From positions 893,326 through 957,325 of the forward strand of contig NMRA01000047.1 in the NCBI GenBank assembly GCA_002633005.1: a DNA stretch of 64,000 nt. Direction: 5' to 3'. The notes under the pieces are model-generated. The model made no database searches. It was not told where the DNA came from and worked only from the letters and a program-made list of their open reading frames with translations. Below, in pieces: positions 50,568 through 63,200 of the stretch. The DNA comes from Phoronis australis. Lineage: Eukaryota > Animalia > Phoronida. Made by a program: the position numbers and the translations under genes. Each line of letters starts with the position of its first letter. The first letter of the stretch is position 1.

Positions 50568-53500
50568 CTGCTTGTCTAAAAACTCATCTGAGAGCATAGA
50601 ATAACGGACATTTATCCCGAGTCCACACATAAGTGTAATAGACAATAACTTACTCCAACTAAAAGTGCATAAATTTGCGTAATTTATAGAGCCTAAAGCT
50701 GCTCGCTAACAGTAAGAAACAAACTAAGTACTCAATGAGTTTCTCCTCATCTACAACACATATTTCAAACAAGCTTCGTTTGCTTCTTAACACATTTTTG
50801 ATGAACTGCAGTTATTTTCGCAGCTTCAGAAGAAACGTGTTGGTGAGAAAATAACAATGTAAGTGAGAATCCCCTCGCAGTTTGTAAACTAGGGAGGGTG
50901 CTTACCCTGAGCCACAACTGGCACGACACAGACAAACAGTCCACACAGGGCAAGTACCTAGTTACTTGAAAATTGTACATATGCCATATCCTGTTGCCAC
51001 TGCGGAACAATGCAGCCAGGCAATAATTAAAACTTTTTGCAGGACAGTGATTTTTCATACCCAACCCAGAACGAAATGTTAGTTTGGGTTTTGCAAACAT
51101 TTTCTCCATGCTAAAGAACAGCAAGACAAGAGGCGTTAAGTAATAATAAAATAGCCGTTTAAAAGCCAAATGCATAAGAGCGGATAATTTGCAAGGATTT
51201 GCATTATTTCTAAAGTGTATCACAATCACTCTCCGCCATTGGAGATATTTTTTGCAAAAGCTGAGAAGAAAAAGTAGACAAAAATGTTCAAATACAAATG
51301 CTGCCACTATCTGCATTGTCTTGCAACCCAAAACAGTCGACCTGAATAACAAACAGGTCAGCCATGAGGTCACCATGGAGGTGTTTAGCATGACACAAAT
51401 GATGTTGTTATAGGTGGGCGACATTCACAGTTCAAACATTTTGAACTTTGACCTCATGTCATGCAGTCGCAGGAGTGTGAGCTTTGGCAACACTTGGGAG
51501 ACTGGGTCACTGATTAAGAACTGGATGTCATAATAAAAAACAGTTGCTTCCTAGGATTTACAGCACTTTAACACCAGATGATCTTCTAAATATAGCTCCA
51601 GATGTGCATGGCATACACAAGAGATGGCCATAAACCAACCAGGAATCCAGAAATTAAATTGCTTAAAAGTACAAATCCCAATTCTAATAAAATTGAACAC
51701 TTCATTGCCTGGCTTGCTTAATTCCTTAAACCAATAAGCCCAGATGCCTGCCATTTAGGATTGTTAGCCATTTGCACTCAAATGTTCCTGCTAAGCTGGA
51801 CAGGTCACCCAGTGCACTTGAAGTAGTGTCTCCAACAAGTGATGGAAGGAACTTGCACTATTTACATCGTTTTAACTTCACTATTTGTGGTTTTAATTAT
51901 TCCAAATTTCTCTAAATGTTTTCCCCAGCACACAAAAACTAAACAAAAACAGTGAAAAACATTGAACATCATTCATCTTATCCACTAACTGTAATTGTTC
52001 ATTTATTTAGTGCACAAAATGGCTGACAGGTGAAATTTATTTTGTTAAATTTCTAGACAAAAATGACGAGAAAAAAAATTAAGTAAATTACTGTCATGGT
52101 CTGTATTTCGAAGGCATCATCAAACAATGTTTAGTGAGGTTTAGAATATTTCAAGCAAAGTAATCTGGCTTTGAGAATGGATATACGGCAATTCTGACAA
52201 TTTTTGTGGAAATTAGTGCCACATTTCCATACTCAACTAATTGTGCAGCCGTGGGACGCTCAGGCTGGCAAGGTAATCACCGGTACTAGTAATAATGAAA
52301 TAATTTACAGGCAAAAGTTTGGATGACACGAAAGCGCTACAAGAATCCATCTTACCTCATCATCATGCTAAGGCAGCTGGAAGCAATCTGTTCTCGACTT
52401 GGAACACTTAAATTACTCGGAATTATCAACACCTTCAAAAGTGTACAAAATGTCCTCTCCTTTTTTGGTAAACGACAGTCATCAAATATCATTTTCGTTG
52501 ACATTTAAGATAAAAGAGCTGAAGAAAGCGACATTTGATGAAAGTGAGAGAATCTGAGAGTGTGCTACCATGTTATAACTACACTGAATATGAAAACTTT
52601 TTCAACCGTAATACTTCGAGGTCCATTGAGAAAGATCTATCAAGAGACGTGAAGCTCTGGCTCTAAAACAGACTATCACTGAGCCACCTTGAGGGTAATT
52701 TAAATCAACAGGCCCTGAGCTATTGAGGAGACGTCATCAGACAAGAAAGGCACTTTAAATGAACAGTTGCAAATGAGAAATGATGATAAGGATTATACCT
52801 AGTGCAGTCAAAAGCATACGAATAGTGCGGCCGCAACCACGGAAAATCGAATATTTTTCAAAAGTTCACGAAGAAAATTTCATGACAATACAACATATTT
52901 GGTGAACATATTTCACCAAGTTTGAACACTAAAAACGCTGACCAAGTCATTAACCTTTCACCCAGTAATGTCAATGGCCGCTTATGAAACTGTCCATAAT
53001 CAAGGATATCCTTGTCACAGCAATTACAGCAACTTCCACTTGACACAAACATCCAACCAGACCTACTGAGACATCATTAACTCTTCAGAGGTAACAATGG
53101 TAAATTCCCCTCATATTCTCTCTCCTGTTGTGGCAGACCTCTGAAACTTGTTCATCATATATTAAATTATCTTTCCAACGTTTATCAGTTCTTCATTGTT
53201 TGTTGATGTGAATGAACACAGAGAAATCACTTACTAGAAACACAAGGTAGAAGGTTTTAGACATTAAAATCCTCATCATGACTGACAGGAAACCTTGATC
53301 ACAAAATGGGACTCCCACACCACGAGGAGTACAAACCTGGGCCATTTTCAAGTTCACAAGCTTCCAAAATTAGGGAAAACAATCCAATATATCAGCTAAA
53401 AAGGACAAGGAATCTCCTTCATCAAAAATTACTTAAGACTTAAGTCAAAAATTTGATCTCAGCTCCACAGAACTATTTCTGAAAAGTAATTATAACTCAT

Positions 53501-54737
53501 TTTGCAAAGAGGCAGAGCCACAGATGACGTGCTGGACAGACACATAAATGTTTAGAATCTACCTTTTCACATCATTTACATATTCATGTAAAAACTCATT
53601 TTAGTAAGATAACACAGTATCTGAGAATATACCCACAACTGCTTCTTGCTAAAAGAATTTTAACAAATGATTTCCAGGCAGTGATATGATGATAATGGCA
53701 TTACTGAAGTTTTATTTGGCTAATATCAAGCGAGACTGAAAGACAAAATTTCTGTCTTTAAGTCTTAAGTCACATTTTACAAAACAGAGCCCAGACGATA
53801 TGAAAATTGTGCGGTAAGAAACGTGGGAGCCAAGGAGTGGTAACTTCCACACTAAAGAAAAAAAGAAATTTGCCACTAAAATCTGCTCGAGGCATCCAGA
53901 TGTCCACAACATGTGAATTGAACCAGTGCTCCCAATATTGTGTCATGGGTGGAGTCAATGACCAGGCAAATGGTACATAATAGACCTCAACTCCACATCT
54001 CTGTGTTTAGTTATCTACACCAGAACAACACACTGATCACCAAGTAGGTATGCTGAAACTGACCGGAATAGTGCTCTGGACCTGTGCCAACCTATTATTA
54101 GCTAAAATGGTGAACTGAAGGCAGTAAAACAAAAATAAGACCAGATTACACCACGCTTTGGGAATTATGTTTGCCGTCTATGCGCATCTGGGGGGTTACC
54201 ACCATACAAGAGGTACAAGGACCATGTGGCTCAGAGTGATTTTTTCACGACCAGTTTCTTTATGAAAGGGTGCCTTGTCTGATAAAATTTCAAAAGCGTG
54301 TCCTCCCAAGAAAATTACTAGTAAGAGAGTTCAATAAGGAACTCCAACTACACAAACTTACAAGCGCTTAATATTATCAATAGTTTAAAACTTTTATTAC
54401 AAATATGTACATAATTTGACAACATCGCACCTCTTCTTCAACTGATTCAAGCTTAATTGCCTAAAATAGGCCATGGGATATTAAATTAGGAGGCATAAAT
54501 ATTTTAACTTTTGATGCCGTGAATTTTCGATTATCAAATGTTTGAAGACATATCTTACAACAAAGGAAAAATAAAGTCATTCCCCTGACATGGTCACAGG
54601 AACAAAGATTCGAGCTACACCTCATGGCCCAAACAATTCAGATGTCCCAGAATCCCTATGAAAGTATTGGGGTATACACTAAATGTCTCGGAAAAAGTGA
54701 ATCATGGAAGCTCCCCTTTTTATTAGTTCGCTCTTTA

Positions 54738-55160
54738 GGGCCCTTTCATACTAACGTCGATGCCTCGATGTTTTGGGGAGTTACGGTCAGTGTGAATGGT
54801 TAACTTCGGTCCTGGATCAAAGTTAACAGCGCTAGCTAACTTCTCAATAAACAGGTGGATTTAGTAGCCAAGCGTCAACGGTGCGGTACAGTATAACGGT
54901 CAACTTTGGTCCTCTCGAAGTTATCGCCAGGGGTCACTGTTAGCATCAGCAATTTAAGGGCAGTGTGGTCACTAACAGTTGCTTGTGTTTTGCTCGAATA
55001 ATTACCGATGGGATTTGGAATAAGTTTTAGGTCAATAACCCCATGGGAATGTTTCGAAAATGTCACTAAAAAAATCTTAGCATGCACGTGATGCATCAGC
55101 GCTACCTAATGTGATTACTTCGATGAAAACAGCATAACCTATTGTTTACTTCGATGTCCG
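54738..55160 (-). mobile_element. Second, truncated copy of the Harbinger-type MITE
   Basis: TTA|GGGCCCTTTCATACT.. is colinear with the reverse complement of ~30650-31056 (e.g. TGTGAATGGTTAACTTCGGTCCTG, TCGAAGTTATCGCCAGGGG). Confidence 0.85.
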
Positions 55161-55892
55161 TTAGGTTGAAAATTGCCAAATGTTTTTAAGAACAAGTTAT
55201 TTTAAAATATTCTGACGCAAATCACTGAACCGTGTCAAGTAAGTATGATGAGGTGGTGCTGGGGAATAACACTGCATGATGCGGGTTATGTGAGCACGAG
55301 AAGATACATCATTAGTGCAAAGGCAGAATTTTTTGTTTTCACATTTACAAGTTGTCAACTGCAATACAGTTGCACTTCTTTAGCATAGACGATGTTCAAA
55401 TAGCATTGTCATTTAGTTCCGGCTACACATTGCCATACGGTAGTTAAGGGGAAGCACATACATCTTTTAATGGATGCATAACACAATGTCCCAGCTGTAC
55501 CCCTAAACATAGTCAAGTACCCCCTGGGCACACATCCAAGTACGGTCACTCTACTAAGCCCCAGAAGGTACATACACAGCAAGTTATTTAGCTTTTTTAA
55601 AGCCAAATGGGAATTAATCTGCCAACCTAAGTGAAACACCTCGTAGGCAGTTGTTAATTAATACCTAAAGAGTGTTTCAGCCAGAGTTGACTGCCAGATA
55701 AAACCTTGAGATGCACTCTCTTGAAGAATTAAGGAAACGTGTAATTACCAAACTAATAAAAACGCTTCCTGAATGGGAAATCCAAACTGAAGATGCATAG
55801 AAACTGGGCGACCTCTCTGTCCAGAGATTTGACCTTAATTGACCACACGAGGCCAAGCTATAATAAAATTCCAGGTCAATTCATTACCATAA

Positions 55893-56075
55893 GGCCATTT
55901 CATACCGACTTAACTCCGGTGTGAGCGGAGCATCCATGTAAACTGCGGAGTTAACTGAACCGGCTTCAGTAGCTTACGGACATTGAAGTATACAGTAGGT
56001 GGCGCTGTCATCATCGAAGTAATTGCAAGGTAGCACTGATGCATCGCGTACACGCTTAGAGTTTTTTAATGTCAC
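55893..56075 (+). mobile_element. Third, partial copy of the Harbinger-type MITE
   Basis: TAA|GGCCATTTCATAC..TCATCGAAGTAATTGCA.GGTA..CTGA.GCATCGCGT matches 30573-30750. Confidence 0.8.
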
Positions 56076-57490
56076 CATGGAAGACACAAAATTAGATAAT
56101 TTAAGCCCAAACTTCCTCATTTGTTCGTAGTTCATATTTTGCAGTTTACATTTGAAAAACATCCTATCAACGAAAACTTCTGCAAACTACAACTGAGGTG
56201 CTGTGAATGCCAGAGGTGAATGATGTGTCGATGCGTGGGAATGGTGCAGTACAAATTTTATAAGAAAAAGCTACTGCCTCTTGTCATGTTCGTATTCAGT
56301 TTAGTATTGAATGAAAAGATTGAAAATACTTTCAATTTGCATTGGGTTTTACTGTTGGCACGTGGAAACTGCTCTTCCTTTCTTTCTTAGCACGCCAGCC
56401 CTCGTAAAATGGTAAACAAGACCGAAATTTGGCTCTTACAACTTCAAAGAATTACAGCGGAAATTTACTATAATTTGAAAATAACCAGTAAAGCGTAGCA
56501 CTTGGGAGGGTGTTTACAAGATCAGTGGGCGTATAATCGAAAATTTTCAAAAGTAAAGGGAGTGTTTAGCCAAGTAATGGGCGCTTAATCAAATATTTCA
56601 AAACCAGGAGGTGGGCATTTTTGTGAGCATAGGTGTTAATCCAAATATTTGTGTTACCTTTGGTTAAATCAGTAGAAAAAGTCTAGATGAAGGATGAGAA
56701 GCACTAGTTCTTATGAAAAAATATCAAAACCAATTTAAAATAAAATGGATGCAACTAAATTCTTCAGATAAAACAGAACTTATAAAATTGAACTCAAACT
56801 GATCAATAAAGAGAGTTTTATAGATAATCCTCAGTATCACGTAAAACTGCATTTTCTGGAAGAATCATGTTTGTAGCTAAAAACCAATAGCATTCGCCAT
56901 GCAATCGTCAACCTTAATGCAAACAAAATTCTCAGACCCAAAAACCAAAGTCCAACTTATCTAGTCTTATTAGTTCATTTCCTCAAAGAACTAATAAATT
57001 GATTATCAAAGGTTCCATTGTTAGACCCTTGTTTCCAAAATAGGTACTGATATGCATAATTGGCCCAAGAGTAAATTGGCACTGCAGGTCTTCAGGGAAA
57101 TGGGAATATTTAATAACAATTTTTTTCAGTTGAAGGCGTAAACACAACTATTATCAGCCACGCACTTTTTCAAGGATAATTACCTTGACTTATTAAAAGA
57201 TGTCTAATCAACGGAAATTACCAACGTTTGGTCACGCTACAGGGATTTGAAAGGACATGACGATTGTGAACAGGCAATATCTATACAAAGAGACGGTAAA
57301 ATATGGTGGACAAGTGAAATTTTATTTTCGCATTTTTTTAATAAAAGATAAGTAGGCATCTAAAGCATAACAGTTTTGATATATCCAGTTGACGTAACAA
57401 AATACAGAAAAAATAAGTCAAATACTGAATTCCGTGTGAGACGGATTCAACGTTGCGAACTCAAGTAAAAAAATTCCAGTACTTGACTTA

Positions 57491-58962
57491 CCGTATTCGC
57501 CCTCATAAGTACCCAAGCCCCTATAAGCGCACCCCACGTGTTTTCAGACTTTGCTAAAATAAGCGCCCAGTCCATGAACGCTGTGTACATGAGAAAAATG
57601 CCTTACCTACAGTTCTAAAATTCTACTGTAACGTCTTCAGTTTATCAACAAGATCCGACAGTCCTGAAAAAATTGTGCGAGGAATTTGAAGACCACGAGC
57701 CTCACCGCTATGACAGTATTTAGCCGTGACTATACACTTCAAACTTCCGCCATGCTCCAAAAAGAACGCAAGTTTTGCTGATCATGCGAGGAATGCGTCC
57801 TATTATGGTCTGGCCTTTCAGAACAGACACAGCGTACTTACCAAAGGTATTGTATTGTATCTTTCCCGTACAAATCTTCTCCCCCAACTGGAATCCAAAT
57901 ATCTTTGTACGTGTGAAAACCGCGAATCGAAGACTAATAAAAACTTGACCTTTATTCAGTTAAAAGCACGTGGCTAGGAAGCGTACACTACATTCAAGAA
58001 TCTGTCATTGAAGATTAGTCTTCAGGAACTATCTACTGGTATTCATGAAGTGGGTAGCATACCATTGACAAAAAATAAATACTGGCACTTATTTCCGAAA
58101 CTTTCTAATACCGTAAAAAACGTTAGCGTCACTAAGGGGAAATTATTAAATTAGTCGTAATTGGTGTTTTTAAAGTCAAAATGACCCGCTGATAGTGAAC
58201 ACTTTGGCAGCTTTACACCCCCGAATCTCCCGAAAAATAACTGTTAGACTGTCACGCATCCAGTCACCCGGCGACTCAATGACATCGGCCTTACCGAGAC
58301 ACTTTTTAGCAGATGAGATCAACAAGCGCTAAACTAAACACGTTCTGCTTTACTGCTTGAGTTAATTTCCTTAGTTACAATGCACATCTAGATCGTTGCA
58401 TCGCGTTTACTCTGACAAATGAAATCTGACGACACGCACGCGCTCACTCTCTCACACAATATGCAGACAAACTTCAGAACAAACATCACGTTACAAAAAA
58501 AATTTGTGTTTGCCCAGAGATTTTTCTCGTATTGCGGAGTACGATCTAGCGCAGATTTGGACTTAATATGCAATTAATCTGGACTCCACAGGAACTTAAA
58601 AATCTTAGGGACGCTATTTTGAAAACTTAAGGAGGACTTCAGGTAATTTGTAGAGTCGAAACTATATTTTTACTCAAGAATTCCAAGTTAACCTATTGGC
58701 AATTGCGAGGCAGTGACGCATCAGTCGGCGAGTTTTTGCACTGGGATTTTCAGAAAAATGCTCGTAATTCAATAACAAAGGTTGATAGCAATGTGCGGCC
58801 ATTTTGTTACAGATGCATCAGAGTGTAAATTTAATGAATTCTAGCTTAGGATTTCACCTGTTTCGGAGACCGGGTTTCAACTCCTTTTGGGCTATAATAA
58901 GCGCCCCCCCTTCCTGAAGCCAATTTTTTAACCAGCCTAGGCGCTTATTAGGGCGAGTACAG
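57491..58962. mobile_element. Non-autonomous Tc1/mariner-like element (~1.47 kb)
   Basis: TA|CCGTATTCGCCCTCATAAGTACCC versus the reverse complement of the right end CTGTACTCGCCCTAATAAGCGCCT (~18/24). Repeated ATAAGCGC motifs near both ends. No transposase ORF seen. Confidence 0.7.
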
Positions 58963-59459
58963 TTTGCAGTATCAAATTAATATCTTATGTGTTCAAGTTC
59001 TGTAACATAACTACCATCAGATAACATTTCAAAAATTTTTGGAGACTCACAACGATACTAGAAGACCTTGAAAAGTAAAAAAAAACCGTAAATTTGACGA
59101 TAGTTTTTGTCTGAAATTGGTGAGAGTTCACCATAGCCTCCTTTTCAACTTGAATGAGTGAAGCATAAGCTTCAATTACTGGTAAGGGAGATGATAGCAA
59201 AGCATAGTTTTTTGATATTTCACTTAAGAGTTGAGGTCGTTTATTAAGGTCATAGACAATCATAACACACTTTAGTATATAACATTTGAAAAGACTGTAC
59301 TTCGGGAGCAAGTTTTCTGTTACACAGAATTTGTTGAATGCACGACACTTTTCATTGTTCACGGTCTTTATTCCGTTGCGTTCATACTTTCTGAACAAAA
59401 CTCTACTCTCTACTGAACATAGATACAGTAACTGACCTAGCGACATAATTAAAAAGACA

Positions 59460-59497
59460 CACGATATTTCGAAACATACTTGTTTCATTCTCAAGTG
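59460..59497 (-). ncRNA. Minimal type I hammerhead ribozyme-like motif (U3-A8 variant)
   Basis: - strand reads CAC-UUGAGAA-U-GAAAC-aaguau-GUUUC-GAAA-UA-UC-GUG: 3-bp stem I, 5-bp stem II, palindromic AUAU stem III. It lies in a PLE pLTR, where such motifs are established. Confidence 0.65.
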
Positions 59498-59613
59498 AAG
59501 ATAAAATGACGCAGTAATGCCACCACAGAGTATAAGCTGACGACACACACAGTGAGACACGGCGGGTGTGAAATACTGCAAAGAATGACTAAAGAATTAG
59601 GGTAACAGGAAAG

Positions 59614-60252
59614 TCACGCAAACAAGTGTAACGTGCGGCGCGACCCTGTTTGCTGCTCATTCAAAATAGGCTTCTCAAAAGCAATTAAAAGGGACTCTAA
59701 TACTTTCAAACGCAGCACATCTTGCTCCACGTAGCGAATTGACGTGTTTTCCACAATTTCTTGACGGGTGATTTTACGTGCGTGGTATTGCAGAAAATGA
59801 TCTTGAATGGCGCCATTTTGAAGATGCATGGATAACCGACGGGAAAGACTGCAAACCGTTTGACCAATGTAACATTGTTTGACGTTTGAACGAAGACATT
59901 CATTCATAGGGCATACAAATTCATAAACAACACTACACTGTGCAATGGGGCGGACTTTCGCTTTAGAAATGTTATTTTTCATGACCAAGTTGGAGGACTT
60001 CCTATTCCGATAATAAATAATAACTTCAAGGTAATCATCAGGCTTACAAACTTTAACGTTGTCCCTTATGATTTTCTTAATGGCGTGTTCGTCCTGGAGG
60101 TAATTATTAGACATGACATTTTTGTAAAATATCTTTTTGGTGACACCAGTCCGACATGCAGGGACTTCATAGCTAATTCTGGACATAAATCGCTTAATAT
60201 GGAAATCCACGAAAGCATTGGTATACCCATTATTCACCAGTGTTTGTCTTAT
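59614..60252 (-). CDS. PLE polyprotein C-terminal fragment: RT thumb end + GIY-YIG endonuclease
   Basis: IRQTLVNNGY..VVYEFVCPMNEC..YIGQT..SRRLSMH..QDH..LESLLI..PILN, covering the GIY-YIG R/E/N residues and the CCHH motif typical of PLEs. Frame is uninterrupted to the stop. Confidence 0.9.
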   Translation of the reverse strand: MRQTLVNNGYTNAFVDFHIKRFMSRISYEVPACRTGVTKKIFYKNVMSNNYLQDEHAIKKIIRDNVKVCKPDDYLEVIIYYRNRKSSNLVMKNNISKAKVRPIAQCSVVYEFVCPMNECLRSNVKQCYIGQTVCSLSRRLSMHLQNGAIQDHFLQYHARKITRQEIVENTSIRYVEQDVLRLKVLESLLIAFEKPILNEQQTGSRRTLHLFA

Positions 60253-63200
60253 ATCGTATGTCTTTTAATTATGTCGCTAGGTCAGTTACTGTATCTATGT
60301 TCAGTAGAGAGTAGAGTTTTGTTCAGAAAGTATGAACGCAACGGAATAAAGACCGTGAACAATGAAAAGTGTCGTGCATTCAACAAATTCTGTGTAACAT
60401 TTGAAAAGAAAACAAAGTAGACTGAATATTTGCCAAAGCAGGTTCAAAATGCTCCAACACATTTTATTATGTTAAATGCACTGGGTGGCAGTTTCAGCAC
60501 ATGGGAAGCAAATTCTTAACACGAATTGGAAATACCGGATGGATGCCTGGATCTTTAGTGATGACTGGGCATATCAGTGTTCGGAATTATTAGCAAGCCA
60601 AGTAACCAAACGTTCATTTTATATCCTGTATACAGAAATTCTTAACTAAGTAAAAGTGGCAATTCAGTCCGTACTACTACTCGGCATGTAAAGCCAGGCT
60701 TAAAGGTACCCCTTCCGCATTTTAGTTAAAAACTGCATCACATGGATTTTGACGCAAGTTACTTCAGTCGAAACTTAAGCCCAAATAATGGTCATTCAAA
60801 TCAAATCCAAATATTTTCAAACTTAACCAAGTTTGATTTGTAATTTTTAGTTTCATTTTTATCTTTGGCCCACTACCTAAAATGACCACTGTAGTGAGAC
60901 AGCTGACCATGCATTGTGGGTAATTACTCAACTGCTGCCATGTGTAATGAGGTTTGCGTGGAAACCTTGCCCTTTTTAAAAAAAAAACTTTTAAAAATGT
61001 AATCATCAAATAGGGCAAACACAAACAGGGCTGAAAATTACGAAATGTTTATATTCTAGTGATATCTTTTGTCTTACAGTCGACTTACGAAACACATCCT
61101 GTCTACTAAAACGTAAAGGAAAGAGTATCTTTAAATGAGGCCACAAAGTGCGACTAAAAAGTACAAAAGAAATGACTCTTAATTGGTTAGCAGAAGCAAA
61201 CATTTAGATTATTAAGACATCAAAAGGCACAAATACAAACATTGTCCAATAACATTACTAGAGAAAGCCTCAGAAAACATCAGTTCCGACTGCTAGGTAC
61301 ATCACCTAAGGTTTAGCCTTGACCAGATTAGACGCGTATCCAAGCAGATTCTCTTGTAAAACAAAGCCTCAAGGCACTATGAAAAAACACTCATTTTACG
61401 CTTCTTGCAGCTTGCTAAATATTACCGTTCTATGAGCAGAATGGTATTGATAAATGTGATCTAGTTTTTTGTTGTTACAGTTACCAAAATCATATCATTG
61501 TCTTAATAAGTAAGATGTCCAGTACACACTGTGGCAACGAGGAAAGAAATTTTACAATTGTTTCTCTTGATAAGAAAATTGACGAAAAAATCGCTTTTTC
61601 CATATAATTCACATAAAACAGGTGGATTTAGCACTTTAAACATGTATTAATATCACTTTACTAAAAGGGTATTTTGGCTCAATAAAATAACGCTATTTTA
61701 GATACAGCATGTTTATTATAGAAATAATAAAGTTTACTTGCAACTACCCAAGGACGGCATCTTGAGAATTACACTGACCCAAATACGCACCGGAAAAAAC
61801 ATATTTGGGTTCAAAGGTCAGTGGTGCGACTACAGTGACTGACTACAGCCGTTCACTTGGCTCTGTAGTAGCTACAATCAGGACTTTAATCTTAGATGAA
61901 AATGCTCTTGACATCATAATGCTCCTGAAGGTGGTGTAGCCGCCATCCTGGGATTCACCGCCAGCATCTGACACAAACCTACTGCTTGATGGACGAAGCC
62001 GAGACAGTTCAAGCTCAGCTTCTGATAAGCACAACTTGCACCAAGGAACCAGAGTTAGCTTAATCAGGAATCAAAAATGTTTAAGCAAGCTTCAGTAAAG
62101 TTCAAAAGGATAACAACTCCAGTCATGCACCCCACAGTCATCTTAATCTCAGGAATAACTTTGCAATACAGATGTCTGAAGAGATAGGGATGAGGCAAGG
62201 CTACACCCTCAAGGTCGTTGAGTTCAATGGACACAATGTCAAATCAAGATGTCTTGGGCAAACTGTAACTGGGAACGCTTTGAAAAATAAACCGTGTAGT
62301 TCTTTAGTCATTGTCATAATTGCATATTTTGTACATCAAAGGATGACTGCAATGTAACAAACAATGAAGAGTTTATCAAGTATCATTTCATGACAGCTAT
62401 ACAGTGGAAACAACCTCATCTAGGGAATAAAATAAAATTTTCTTAATGTTAACTTTTTATGAGATATTTTGACAAAAATATGAAAATTCATGCGTTATTC
62501 ACGCTGTGTATTGAATGAGTGAAGATTTACAGAAAATTATGCTCAGCCTGGTGCTGCATTATAGTCAGAATCAATGTCCAGCATGTATGAAACAACTTCA
62601 TGTAAAGCGTGGACAGGGCAGGGAACGTTTGAGAAAAAATCCTGACTATGGGTCAGTTGGCCCATAGGATATGTATATTTTCATGCACGATATAGTTGAC
62701 CCGAATACTAACATTGTAGTTTTGGTCACAGACATTAGTTTTGATGAGCTGCTCCGGATTGTTCTTGTAATAGAATTTGAACGCATCCCATTTTTTACAC
62801 ACCCCATGGGCGGACTCAACCAATGAAAATTTTCATAAGCTGATGACGTCGTAAACAGTCGTAAAATCGTCCCTGCACTAAAACTGTTGGTCATTAAGTA
62901 AATGTGTATTCTTAGACAGCTGCTTAAAGCTCGAAATATTGTTTATTAATTTCCATACCACAGTTAAAGAGTCATGCATTATAGTAAAAGTATTTTAAGG
63001 CTACGAAGGACCCGAGAAAAATGTCCAAATTTAGCTAACTCAGAACATCATAACATAAAACTGGGTAACCGACTTCAAAGGAACTTTCATATACTTTACC
63101 ACATGCATTGTTTAAACGATCTAATTTTGCAACAGGGGCTATCAAAATAAGACTTCTGCAATTTTTATGAAAAAAGTAAAAAGTTGCATAAACAAAAACA

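Larger units (their letters stand above)
59295..60399 (-). mobile_element. Penelope-like retroelement, 5'-truncated with inverted partial pLTR
   Basis: TSD TAACATTTGAAAAGA at 59280-59294 and 60395-60409. Inverted repeat 59318-59467 / 60251-60399. The downstream pLTR restarts the ORF (MSLGQLLY..FNKFCVTENLLPKY from the ATG at 59446, - strand). Confidence 0.9.

Noticed and set aside
50765-51424. 219-aa - strand ORF (also the 159-aa ORF at 44338-44817)
   Set aside because: No recognisable motifs, and composition is typical of AT-rich non-coding DNA.
59537-59580. + strand CTGACGA..GAAA inside the PLE
   Set aside because: Antisense to the element, with no valid A-U/UH cleavage triplet or stem I.
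58985-59581. 198-aa ORF (and the 111-aa ORF at 60085-60420) as independent genes
   Set aside because: The shared MSLGQLL..FCVT segment is the PLE ORF start within the pLTR copies. The remainder is flanking read-through.
61843-62034. 63-aa ORF in a slightly GC-rich patch
   Set aside because: No family motif or clear splice boundaries.
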